This document shows positions 37,273 to 45,880 of a stretch of 58,516 bases of DNA, in pieces. The notes beneath the pieces were generated by a model, which was given only the letters and a program-made list of their open reading frames with translations, did not search any database and had not been told where the DNA came from. Origin of the DNA: an uncultured Bacteroidota bacterium (GTDB lineage: Bacteria > Bacteroidota > Bacteroidia > AKYH767-A > JABDAW01); assembly GCA_903911135.1 (NCBI GenBank), contig CAIWCG010000194.1, positions 1-58,516 on the forward strand, written 5' to 3'. A program made the position numbers and the translations under genes. Within the stretch, counting starts at the first letter, position 1; every line of letters starts with the position of its first letter.

Positions 37273-38508
37273 TCAATGATGAATTACCTTGATTTTATCG
37301 AGTATCTTATCGGTGGCACCTTGGTTATCGTTCACATATGTTTTAGCAATGTTCGCCAACTTGTGAAGCTTCATCCCGTCATTTAACAGATCATCAACGA
37401 TGGCAGCAAGATTATCTTGGTTGATGATAATGGCCGCACCCAACTTAACCATTTCTCTAGCTTCATTGAACTTTTGATGATTCTCTCCAAACAAAATGGG
37501 CAGCCCTACGGCAGCAGCCTCCAAAATGTTATGGATACCCTTCCCGAAACCACCTCCAATATACGCAATCGTCCCATATTGATATAGATTGGACAACATG
37601 CCTATGTTATCAATAACCAGAACCTTGGCATTCATCACTTCAGTTTCTGTCGTTTTGGAATATCTTACAACGTTTTCCTGAATGCTTGCTACCAATTCCA
37701 GAATGTTTTCCTCATTAATCTCATGAGGAGCAATGATGAACTTCAGATGCTCATTCTTGTTGGCATTAATGTATCCTATAATCAATTTTTCATCAGCTTC
37801 CCAGGTGCTGCCAGCAATAAATATCCTATCATTTTGCTTGAACTGCGACAAAAGCGGTATTTCCTTGCGGTCAGCATTGATTCCTGCAACCCTATCAAAG
37901 CGTGTATCGCCAGAAATCATCACTTTATTAATCCCAATGCCATTCAATAAGCTCTCAGAGGTCTTGTTCTGGACAAAGAAATACGAAACCTTGTGCAGAA
38001 TATCCCTATAAAAACCTCCATACCACCTGAAGAACAACTGGTCCTCACGGAAATTGGCCGAGATGACATACAATGGAATCCCAGCCTTCTCCAATTGATT
38101 GATAAAGTTCAGCCAATACTCATATTTCACAAAGATTGCAAACGCAGGCCTGATGATTTTCAAAAAACGCTCCGCATTATGCCTCGTATCCTCCGGCAAA
38201 TAGAAAACAAAATCCGCACCCTTATAATCTTTCCTGATTTCATACCCGGAAGGAGAGAAAAACGTGAGCACAATCCTATGGTCAGGGTAATAATCCCTCA
38301 ATTTCTCGATCACAGGCCTGCCTTGTTCGAACTCACCCAGAGAAGCACAATGCACCCACACATGTTTTTTGCTTTGGTCTATGGCATTTTCAATCTTGAC
38401 CATGATTCCTTTGCGCCCATCCACCCACAGTTTGGCCTTAGGGTTAAAGCCAGCAACCAGACGGATGATCAGGAAATAAAACCTGACGGCGATATTGTAA
38501 ACAAACAT
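37273..38508 (-). CDS. waaA: 3-deoxy-D-manno-octulosonic acid (Kdo) transferase
   Basis: 411 aa. Motif WVHCASLGEFEQGRPVIEKL, with a GT-B C-terminal half. Confidence 0.9.
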   Translation of the reverse strand: MFVYNIAVRFYFLIIRLVAGFNPKAKLWVDGRKGIMVKIENAIDQSKKHVWVHCASLGEFEQGRPVIEKLRDYYPDHRIVLTFFSPSGYEIRKDYKGADFVFYLPEDTRHNAERFLKIIRPAFAIFVKYEYWLNFINQLEKAGIPLYVISANFREDQLFFRWYGGFYRDILHKVSYFFVQNKTSESLLNGIGINKVMISGDTRFDRVAGINADRKEIPLLSQFKQNDRIFIAGSTWEADEKLIIGYINANKNEHLKFIIAPHEINEENILELVASIQENVVRYSKTTETEVMNAKVLVIDNIGMLSNLYQYGTIAYIGGGFGKGIHNILEAAAVGLPILFGENHQKFNEAREMVKLGAAIIINQDNLAAIVDDLLNDGMKLHKLANIAKTYVNDNQGATDKILDKIKVIHH

Positions 38509-39258
38509 CTAATAATAATAAAAAGCATTCGGCGCTCGCTTATAAAGCGGCAATATCCAGCCAAAGGTAACCCCATAAAGAATATCAAACCGCTTGGTAT
38601 TATCCTTAAGCCCCGTTTCAAAGTTCACAGGACGGCGATTTTCGGTAAAACCCTCCAGTATTTCAAACCCGATATAGAAATTCATCAGATGCCTGTTCCC
38701 AAGATGCATGTAACCCACCGATTGAGACAACGCAAGCCCATTCGTCATCCTGTCATAACCCGCCGCATAGACACCATCCACCTGCGGAACATTCTTGTTC
38801 TCATCATAAATGGAAATCTTATGCTCCAAAAAGCCCACACCACCCAACACATAAATCCCACTGTTCGGGTTCGGACCCATAACCGGAAACAGCTTGCCAA
38901 AATCCACCATCACATCAAACCCACGCTCATACAATATCACATTGCCATACTGCCCATTATCACCAAGCAGGTTTCCATCAGGCGTAGTGATGTTGCTCAT
39001 GATGCCCACCTCCCTCACATCATTCCCAAACAGATAAGAACCACGTATGCCGAAGAGATAATTCCCCTTCGTCTTAAACCGATAGCCGATACCCACCTCC
39101 GAATTCCACCCAAACCTATCCGCCATGTTCCCACCAGGAAAATCAGCACTATAATGCACCGAAACCAACGACATCCGCAGCGAAGAATCACGAATGCTCC
39201 CCTGCCCAAAACTAACATTCAGCCACAACAGCAACCCGACAACAAAAATTTTACGCAT
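38509..39258 (-). CDS. Outer-membrane beta-barrel hypothetical protein
   Basis: I trimmed the track ORF to the ATG at 39258 (MRKIFVVGLLLWLNVSFGQG signal peptide). The longer version would run antisense through tRNA-Cys. Aromatic C-terminus ..NAFYYY. Confidence 0.7.
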   Translation of the reverse strand: MRKIFVVGLLLWLNVSFGQGSIRDSSLRMSLVSVHYSADFPGGNMADRFGWNSEVGIGYRFKTKGNYLFGIRGSYLFGNDVREVGIMSNITTPDGNLLGDNGQYGNVILYERGFDVMVDFGKLFPVMGPNPNSGIYVLGGVGFLEHKISIYDENKNVPQVDGVYAAGYDRMTNGLALSQSVGYMHLGNRHLMNFYIGFEILEGFTENRRPVNFETGLKDNTKRFDILYGVTFGWILPLYKRAPNAFYYY

Positions 39259-39419
39259 ACCACTCATCATCTTAAAAATAATCAAAACCATAACGAACCC
39301 AAGCCACAAATGTTTTTTACCACCCCCCACCACCATCAAAATTCTCCGCCACAAAAGTAGCGAAAAACCCATGCAGCATAAAATTACCCCCAAATTTTTC
39401 CCTTTCAAAAATAAATTAT

Positions 39420-39427
39420 TACTTTTG
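39420..39427 (+). promoter_or_regulatory. Bacteroidota -7 promoter box (TAnnTTTG) for tRNA-Cys
   Basis: TACTTTTG ends 18 nt before the tRNA 5' end. Confidence 0.4.
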
Positions 39428-39445
39428 CGCCCCTTGCTCATGTAA

Positions 39446-39516
39446 GGTCGCGTGGCCGAGCGGCTAGGCAGAGGTCTGCAAAACCTCGTACAGCAGTTCG
39501 AATCTGCTCGCGACCT
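39446..39516 (+). tRNA. tRNA-Cys (GCA)
   Basis: Hand-folded cloverleaf. Acceptor stem GGTCGCG/CGCGACC; anticodon stem GAGGT/ACCTC with loop CTGCAAA (anticodon at 39478-39480); T-arm AGCAG-TTCGAAT-CTGCT. CCA is not encoded. Confidence 0.9.
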
Positions 39517-39550
39517 CGAAAATTGTTTCAGTCGGAGACATTTCGAGTAC

Positions 39551-39580
39551 ACAAAGCCCCCTACATTCAGGGGGCTTTGT
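39551..39580. terminator. Stem-loop, probable terminator between tRNA-Cys and the convergent SDR gene
   Basis: ACAAAGCCCCC-TACATTCA-GGGGGCTTTGT. The T-tract is weak. Confidence 0.5.
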
Positions 39581-39677
39581 CATTTAATCCCCAAAACCCT
39601 TATTAATGATGCCCTAAAAACCACTTGTATAAACCAATACTCAAAGGATTAATTACCTTCCTATTACCTATAAACAG

Positions 39678-40457
39678 TTAACTTTTCTCCATCAGTTTGC
39701 GACTTATCAAAACAACCCATGCTCTTGGAACAAAACGTACCGAATTGGCCATAATATAATTCATCAGTCCATGGATGGCAACCGTTTTTCCTTTCATCAT
39801 GGCGGCATAGCCATAAGCAGCCACTTCTTTCGACGATGGCAGTTTCTTGCCCTTAAACAATGAACTTTCTTTCATGGCTGCTGCATCCATAAATCCGCTT
39901 TCGGTGGCACCAGGGCAAAGAGTTGTTACCGTCACGCCCTTATCACTCACTTCGTTATTTATGGCTTCGGAGAAGCTCAAAACAAATGCCTTGGTAGCAA
40001 AATAAACAGCCATGGTAGGCCCCGGTTGAAATGCCGCCGTAGAGGCAACATTCATTATCTTTCCGTTCCTGCGCTTGACCATATCTTGCAGATAGAGTTT
40101 CGTAAACTGGGTCAAGGTGGTAATGTTCAAGTTAATCATCTGGTGTTCCTTGTTCCAGTCCGTTTCCACAAACATGCCAAAGTCTCCGAAGCCGGCATTG
40201 TTTATCAAGTAGTCTATTTGTATGTTTTGCCTGGTAGTTTCGTTATAAACCTCTTGGGCTGAATTGATTGCCGAAAGGTCTTTGCCAATGGTATAAACCG
40301 AAACCTTGTATTGCGCTTCCAATTCTGACTTCAGCTCATCCAGTTTGGCCTTATTCCTTGCCACCAGTACCAAATCGCCACCCTTGGAGGCATGAACTCT
40401 TGCCAATTCCATACCAATTCCACTGGATGCTCCCGTTATCAATGCCGTATTTTTCAT
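39678..40457 (-). CDS. SDR family oxidoreductase
   Basis: 259 aa. TGASSGIGMELA, NNAG and a Y..xK catalytic region (YFATKAF). Confidence 0.9.
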   Translation of the reverse strand: MKNTALITGASSGIGMELARVHASKGGDLVLVARNKAKLDELKSELEAQYKVSVYTIGKDLSAINSAQEVYNETTRQNIQIDYLINNAGFGDFGMFVETDWNKEHQMINLNITTLTQFTKLYLQDMVKRRNGKIMNVASTAAFQPGPTMAVYFATKAFVLSFSEAINNEVSDKGVTVTTLCPGATESGFMDAAAMKESSLFKGKKLPSSKEVAAYGYAAMMKGKTVAIHGLMNYIMANSVRFVPRAWVVLISRKLMEKS

Positions 40458-40797
40458 TTATAAATTATTAGCTATTTTCTAGGCTGCAAAACTACACTAT
40501 TGAGTTATAACGCCCTGTTAAGTAATCATTAATTTCCCCATTCTCCAACAAAACCCTTTTCATTGCTAATGAAATAAAAATTAATACGACCCGCAACCGA
40601 AGCATACCTGACTGGATGCTTGGTCACTTCCTCCCACCTTCAAGAAAACCTGTGGCTCACTTCGGTTTTGTTGGAATCATTTTGAATTGGTGGCATTGAA
40701 AATCTTTTATGGTTATTCTTTATTAATCATTTTAAGAGCCAATTTACCATAAAGTGCAGCTATTCAAAACCAATCAAGATGCATCGTTGCCTATTTT

Positions 40798-41655
40798 CTA
40801 AACGGAATTCAAGGCCAAGATGGTAATGAACTGTCGGTAAATCAATAACAGCACAATGAAGCTTATCCAGACAAAAAGGGACTTGATGAATGACACTATC
40901 CAGCTTGATTCATACGTTTTTCTTACTGCAAGGAACAGATATATCAGAAACCCAAAAGCAAGGTATAACATGTTCATATCATCATCATTAAAACCGATGG
41001 TTATCATCGAAAAGATAAACCCCATCTGGAAAATGATGAAGAAAGTGAAGGAATGTATCACGAAGATGATATGAGGTACATAATAGTTTATGGAATTTCT
41101 GAACAACAAATAAACCACCGCTCCCAAAAATGGGAACAGAACAAAGAGCATTGCCTTCGATTTGTGCGCAGCTTCCTTGTGGGTTTCATAAATTATTTCG
41201 GCAACCGTAGCTTTTCTTGCTTCCGCCTTTTGATTTACCTTGCTTTCCAAGTCATATCTCGCCACATTCACCATTCTGTTGTTATGTGCATAGCCTGTTT
41301 CCATGTTATTGACATTGGAATAGAACATGAAGACGGCTGGGAAGAAAAAGTAAAACAGCAATCCCGCAACAATGAAAAGTTGTATCGGTTTCATGTAAGG
41401 TGCCCGTCGACCTTTGATGTATTCCGATGTCAGAAAGCCCGGTTTTATCAACAAAAGCCAAAAACTCTTGAAGAACTTCGAGTTTAAGTGTGTGATACCG
41501 TCCAGAACCTGCTCCACGAATTTGATGATGGAATAATCTTTGGCGGGATGTACCCTTTTCTCCCCGCATCGGTAGCAATAATCGCCCAATAATTCCGTGC
41601 CGCAGGTAATGCAATGTCCCTTTTCCACCATATTTTGTGACTTCCCTTTATTCAT
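40798..41655 (-). CDS. DUF3667-like membrane protein with an N-terminal zinc ribbon
   Basis: Start taken at MNKGKSQ.. (41655). CITCGTELLGDYCYRCGEK is followed by several TM helices. Confidence 0.7.
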   Translation of the reverse strand: MNKGKSQNMVEKGHCITCGTELLGDYCYRCGEKRVHPAKDYSIIKFVEQVLDGITHLNSKFFKSFWLLLIKPGFLTSEYIKGRRAPYMKPIQLFIVAGLLFYFFFPAVFMFYSNVNNMETGYAHNNRMVNVARYDLESKVNQKAEARKATVAEIIYETHKEAAHKSKAMLFVLFPFLGAVVYLLFRNSINYYVPHIIFVIHSFTFFIIFQMGFIFSMITIGFNDDDMNMLYLAFGFLIYLFLAVRKTYESSWIVSFIKSLFVWISFIVLLLIYRQFITILALNSV

Positions 41656-41669
41656 TGCTACAGCTATCT

Positions 41670-42524
41670 TTAAAAATTCTGCAAACCCCAAAAGTTAAAG
41701 CCATGAACAACTACGGAAGGAAGGATGCTTTTAGTTCTATGGGTGAGATATCCCCACATCAATCCTATCGGAATTATTCTTGTTGAGCTTAATAATGCCT
41801 CCTTAAGGTCATGCTCTTCGCCATACCACTTGGGTGCGTGCATAAATGCCCAGATGGTGGAGGTTATCAGCCATCCATAGCCCATGTTTTTCATCAAAGC
41901 ACCCATTCTCGTCTGCCCTATTACCCTAAAGAACTCCTCTGACAGGCCTGCCAATATCAACCCTGAATAAATGGCACCGATAACGCTTCCACTCTCGTCA
42001 ATTACCCTGTTCCAGGTAAGACTTTCTGGCGAAACGATACGGTTCGTAAGGAAGGATATCAACAATATGGGGATGACCATCACCAGCCCTTGCAGCCTTA
42101 CTCCCAATTCTTTGGGTTTGTATCCTGACAGCAGCATAATGATTGCCAATGCGATAGGAAACACAAAGATTATAAGCGGAATGATGGCCAATCTTGCCAA
42201 GGGATTCAGATGTTGCCAATCTACATTACCGGAAAATCGGAAGTAGAAAAACACCATTCCCAAGAGCAGGCAAAATATAAAATATCCTGTTTCCCGCTTT
42301 GCATTTCGCACCTCGATATCATTCTTTGGTGGATACCTTAAGGCATAAACATCGATGAAAAAGGAGAACAGCCACATCACAGACAAATAGGCAATGCCCC
42401 GTGTCAGGGTATCATGCCGATAGCCAACATAAAGTACCATTACTGCCAACAAAACCAGCAACGAAAAGGTCAAGGGATTACCCTTTATCCTTTCCATCTG
42501 AAACTTTATTCCTGATTTTATCAT
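41670..42524 (-). CDS. CPBP (CAAX/Abi) family intramembrane glutamic endopeptidase
   Basis: 284 aa, polytopic. Motifs SEEFFRV, FMHAP and VVHGFNF. Confidence 0.8.
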   Translation of the reverse strand: MIKSGIKFQMERIKGNPLTFSLLVLLAVMVLYVGYRHDTLTRGIAYLSVMWLFSFFIDVYALRYPPKNDIEVRNAKRETGYFIFCLLLGMVFFYFRFSGNVDWQHLNPLARLAIIPLIIFVFPIALAIIMLLSGYKPKELGVRLQGLVMVIPILLISFLTNRIVSPESLTWNRVIDESGSVIGAIYSGLILAGLSEEFFRVIGQTRMGALMKNMGYGWLITSTIWAFMHAPKWYGEEHDLKEALLSSTRIIPIGLMWGYLTHRTKSILPSVVVHGFNFWGLQNF

Positions 42525-42618
42525 CGATGATCTGTATTGAATAAACCTACTTGTCTGTCTTTGCTATCTAGCCGCCAAAACTAAACAATTCCAAACAAAA
42601 AGCCCAATAAAACAATAA

Positions 42619-42644
42619 GTCTCCCCAACATCTGTCGGAGAGAC
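42619..42644 (-). terminator. Rho-independent terminator (minus strand), probably the ancestral terminator of the 113-aa gene
   Basis: Minus-strand hairpin GTCTCTCC-(10 nt)-GGGGAGAC followed by TTATTGTTTTATT. Confidence 0.65.
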
Positions 42645-42670
42645 TTTCATGAATCTTTACCTCTTCCCTC

Positions 42671-42815
42671 CTACGGCACCGGACTATCTATATAAGTCAT
42701 GAATCCTTCACCACAAGTTTTCAAGGGGTCGGCGATGACGAACTTGGTGGAGGGGAGGATGTGCAAGGTCTCCTTGCTTTCGGAGTGTTCTTTGCAGAGG
42801 GGGAGGATGTATATG
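42671..42815 (-). pseudogene. Start-less 3' fragment, a displaced copy of the C-terminal ~48 codons of the 48109..48450 gene
   Basis: 42642-42815 aligns with 48081-48258 at roughly 90% identity by eye, including identical runs of 34 and 48 bp. There is no upstream coding continuation. Confidence 0.8.
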
Positions 42816-42854
42816 GTCAGGTCTTTGGGTCTGGATATTTTATCTAAACAATAT

Positions 42855-42975
42855 TTGAGGATACCATTAAACCCTACTTCTCTTATGCCAGAAAACCTGT
42901 GGCAATCTGGATTTCTAATTGGATAATAGTTGATTGGAGGATATGAAAATCCTTAATAGTTTATCCACAGGATGT
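42855..42975 (-). repeat. Cassette-junction repeat R1 (hairpin part conserved, promoter part degenerate)
   Basis: ..CATTAAACCCTACTTCTCTTATGCCAGAAAACCTGTGGCAATCTGG..AATTGGATAATAGTTGATTGGAGGA.. aligns with R2-R4. Confidence 0.75.
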
Positions 42976-42995
42976 AACTTTGGATTGAAAGCAGG

Positions 42996-44414
42996 TTATT
43001 CTTCCTTTTTCTTTTCGATAAAAACCCTGAAATGATAGTTAGCATCAATTTTCTTTTGGTACTCCTCCAAAATCATTTCATAAGTCAAACCGAAATCAAA
43101 TTCAGCAATGACACCTTCAATATATGGTTGTGGATCAAATCCGGTATTATGACAATAAATAAGCAATCCTTCGCAGGCAAAGAAGATTCGATTGGCAATT
43201 TCCTCCAAGATTTCACCTTCCAGCATCAATTTCCTTCTTTTAGGATTGTTTTCATCCACTTCTCCTGTTATTTTCCCTTCGGCAAGAAGATCTCCCATGA
43301 TAAAATAATTCCTGGCATCGCGATCATGGATAAAGAAGAGAAGAAAAGGCAACACAGACATTTTATGAAACCATTTCATGAATGTTTCACTGCTTTTCCA
43401 GTCATCCTCTTGCAGTATCAAGGTACTGCCTGCTATCTCCTCAAAAATGAACTCAAAGGCAAAAAGGCTTTTTTCTATCAGTAGTGGAAAATGCTGTAGG
43501 GCAAGGACTATTTCTTGAAATGAACTTTGCTCTTCCGCTTCTACGGCTGCAACAAGAACATGGATATTGGGAGTATGAGTCATCAAATTGCAATATTTTT
43601 TAAGAAAATCCATGTTCTTATAGATAACCTTATCACCAGGCAGCAGAAAATATTTCGGTCTTCCGGGTGCATCCAATATATCCTTAAAACTATCAGAAAG
43701 AGATGTATCCAAAAGATATTCTCCTAACAGTATGGTGTCTGTCATGGTCGATAATTCCTTCCAAAGTGCATACGATTCCCCCACAATTCCCATCAGGTCA
43801 TTATATCTATCCATGATATCGTTGCAGGTTTGGGTATGGTCGTCGCCATCAATATTATCCCTACTGTGATGTCTGCTGTATAAGTGATAATCTTTCTTGA
43901 AAGATTCCTTGTCAAGCGATAAATCTTCCATCTTGTCAATCATTATATCCCTGTTTTTGTAAAAACTCATGTAATCATCGTGGAACGCATCATAACCCAT
44001 CACATATTCTTCCCTTACAGTTCCATAATGTGCCATTTCATTGCCAAGCTTATCGATATGATTCTCATGAAAAGGGGTTATTTTCTCAAAAAGCTTATCT
44101 CTGTCAGCAATCAATTTATTGGTTGCCATCTTAGAAGTTGTGCGTTCGGCAACCAATTGTTTTGCTCTTGAATGATACGCTTCAATTGCTTCAGCAATAG
44201 GCTCAAATGCAGATTTTGCCAGTGAAACATGTTGGTCCAGTTCATTGAATATGTTCAATAGATTTTCCCGTTCAGGATAAAACCTGATTATATAATCATG
44301 AAGTTTGATATATTCTTTCAATAGGTCGATTTCAAATTCCTGTTCCAGCTTTTCATCGTCATACCTCAACACTATCGGTTTCAAAGGATGAGGAATTATT
44401 TTCTCTATCAGCAT
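42996..44414 (-). CDS. Hypothetical protein, orphan cassette gene
   Basis: 472 aa from the ATG at 44414; the track ORF uses an upstream TTG inside repeat R2. I recognised no motif. Acidic and helical. Confidence 0.65.
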   Translation of the reverse strand: MLIEKIIPHPLKPIVLRYDDEKLEQEFEIDLLKEYIKLHDYIIRFYPERENLLNIFNELDQHVSLAKSAFEPIAEAIEAYHSRAKQLVAERTTSKMATNKLIADRDKLFEKITPFHENHIDKLGNEMAHYGTVREEYVMGYDAFHDDYMSFYKNRDIMIDKMEDLSLDKESFKKDYHLYSRHHSRDNIDGDDHTQTCNDIMDRYNDLMGIVGESYALWKELSTMTDTILLGEYLLDTSLSDSFKDILDAPGRPKYFLLPGDKVIYKNMDFLKKYCNLMTHTPNIHVLVAAVEAEEQSSFQEIVLALQHFPLLIEKSLFAFEFIFEEIAGSTLILQEDDWKSSETFMKWFHKMSVLPFLLFFIHDRDARNYFIMGDLLAEGKITGEVDENNPKRRKLMLEGEILEEIANRIFFACEGLLIYCHNTGFDPQPYIEGVIAEFDFGLTYEMILEEYQKKIDANYHFRVFIEKKKEE

Positions 44415-44427
44415 GTCTTTATTTTTT

Positions 44428-44500
44428 TGCAAAGATACACATTAAACCCCACTTCTCTAATGCCGGAAAACCGGTGACAAGATGGGGTGTTAATGGAATT
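44428..44500 (-). repeat. Cassette-junction repeat R2
   Basis: TGCAAAGATACACATTAAACCCCACTTCTCTAATGCCGGAAAACCGGTGACAAGATGGGGTGTTAATGG. It overlaps the HEPN stop codon. On the minus strand it supplies TATCTTTG 15 nt before the next ATG. Confidence 0.85.
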
Positions 44501-44897
44501 CAGATGTAATGTTCATTTTCTTATGAACAAAATCTCTTATGTTTTTTGCAATTAGTATGGCATTGTTCGTTTCTGCCTCCGTTAATTCAATGGTAGTTTC
44601 AGGGTATCTGATTTCAACTGCATAATCTGCGAGTTCCATAATGCTGACAATCATGATTTCGTCTATTGATTCTTTGGCATTTATAAGTTCCAGCAGATAA
44701 ACCAAATCATGAGTTCTTCTAAACTCCACTTTCAAATAGATAAGATAGGCCTTTAAGTATTTTTCGACTGCCTGCTGGCAGTGAAATGCCGTTACATGAC
44801 GGTATTCTGGGATATGCATTTGTATAACCAATGCAGTACCCAAATCTTCATCTCCTTTCTCCACCCATTTCCTTATGATATCCATTTTATCGTTCAT
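44490..44897 (-). CDS. HEPN domain toxin (HepT-like)
   Basis: 135 aa. R-x4-H motif in EFRRTHDLVYL. Overlaps the upstream MNT gene by 11 nt. Confidence 0.8.
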   Translation of the reverse strand: MNDKMDIIRKWVEKGDEDLGTALVIQMHIPEYRHVTAFHCQQAVEKYLKAYLIYLKVEFRRTHDLVYLLELINAKESIDEIMIVSIMELADYAVEIRYPETTIELTEAETNNAILIAKNIRDFVHKKMNITSEFH

Positions 44898-45201
44898 ATA
44901 AAGTAGTACAGTTTTTCATTGCAGACGATAAGAATGAATAAGGATTCAGCAAGTCATCATTAAATTCTGATGGGGTATAAACCTTTAAGTCCATTGGTAC
45001 AAAAGAACCGAATAAATATTTTCTTACCTCCCGACCGCGACTTTGTTTTGGAAGGTCGGTATCCTTAATCACAATCAAATCCAAATCACTGTCCTCATTA
45101 GGAGTTCCATTGGCATAAGAACCAAATAAAATCACCTTTTCAGGCGCATAATTCTGAACTATCTTATTGACAATTTCAGTGATTTTTTCCTTTTTAATCA
45201 T
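44887..45201 (-). CDS. Minimal nucleotidyltransferase antitoxin (MntA-like)
   Basis: 104 aa. Motif LFGSYANGTPNEDSDLDLIV (GS..DxD). Confidence 0.8.
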   Translation of the reverse strand: MIKKEKITEIVNKIVQNYAPEKVILFGSYANGTPNEDSDLDLIVIKDTDLPKQSRGREVRKYLFGSFVPMDLKVYTPSEFNDDLLNPYSFLSSAMKNCTTLYER

Positions 45202-45225
45202 AACTGATTTTTTTATTTATCTGAA

Positions 45226-45345
45226 TGCAAAGATACACATTAAACCCTACTTCTCTAATGCCGGAAAACCGGTGACAAGATGGGGGGTTAATTGGATTAT
45301 TGGTGATTGGAGGAAATATAAGTCCTTAGTTTATCAACCTATAAG
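45226..45345 (-). repeat. Cassette-junction repeat R3
   Basis: Same sequence as R2, plus the extension AATTGGATTATTGGTGATTGGAGGAAATATAAGTCCTTAGTTTATCAAC shared with R1. Confidence 0.85.
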
Positions 45346-45371
45346 CCCTGAAATCCAATAAGACTAAACAG

Positions 45372-45752
45372 TTATTTTATTGTATAGCTTGGTTTGTTTG
45401 GATGCATCGGATTTGGCATCAGCTTTTGGGTGGCAGGATGAACGACTAAATCCATATCTTCCATAGGCACAGCCCCAAGCAATGTTTCATCACCAATAAC
45501 TAGAGCCCCAACAAAACAAAATCGGTTCTCAAAGTCAACCCGTATAGGGCCTACATAAGGAACCTGATGCGAACTGCCATCAGCTATGGTAACAGGGCGT
45601 TTATCCAATTCCTCCAGCTCCAATTGATAGGCCACAGATTGTGGAATGCACAACATTAATGCGCCGGTATCTACCAATGCATCTATTTCAACGGGCAATA
45701 GTGAGGCATTGCGCGGATTACTAAGTTTTATCTTTGAATAGGTTAAGCCCAT
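45372..45752 (-). CDS. Retropepsin-like (clan AA) aspartic protease, stand-alone
   Basis: 126 aa. Catalytic ALVDTGA, and the later ILGAVPMEDMDLVV-type segment typical of bacterial single-domain retropepsins. Confidence 0.7.
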   Translation of the reverse strand: MGLTYSKIKLSNPRNASLLPVEIDALVDTGALMLCIPQSVAYQLELEELDKRPVTIADGSSHQVPYVGPIRVDFENRFCFVGALVIGDETLLGAVPMEDMDLVVHPATQKLMPNPMHPNKPSYTIK

Positions 45753-45792
45753 TGTATTATTTGTTAAGAAACTTCTCTAGAATTTTTAAGAA

Positions 45793-45880
45793 TGCAAAGA
45801 TACACATTAATCCCTACTTCTCTAATGCCAGAAAACCGATGGCAAGCTGGGGTGTTGATTGGATTATTGGGGATTGTAAG
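45793..45880 (-). repeat. Cassette-junction repeat R4
   Basis: TGCAAAGATACACATTAATCCCTACTTCTCTAATGCCAGAAAACCGATGGCAAGCTGGGGTGTTGATTGGATTATTGG. It overlaps the last codons of the HNH-like gene. Confidence 0.85.

Noticed and set aside
38509-39552. The 347-aa version of the outer-membrane protein ORF
   Set aside because: Its first ~98 codons run antisense through tRNA-Cys and its promoter and lack protein-like composition. A signal peptide begins at the internal ATG at 39258.
40487-40705. A possible fifth, split copy of the cassette-junction repeat (TGCAAAACTACAC near 40487 and AGAAAACCTGTGGC..AATTGGTGG near 40640-40705)
   Set aside because: The two matching pieces are about 130 bp apart and short. 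The left piece may be just another TAnnTTTG promoter (TAGTTTTG). This is too weak to call without a proper alignment, though it hints that the repeat family may extend beyond the island.
42855-45880. Calling the junction repeats bona fide integron attC sites
   Set aside because: I did not assert this. The outer boxes only approximate RYYYAAC/GTTRRRY, the repeats carry promoters (unusual for attC), and no intI is present. It is kept as a hypothesis in the findings, not as a feature call.
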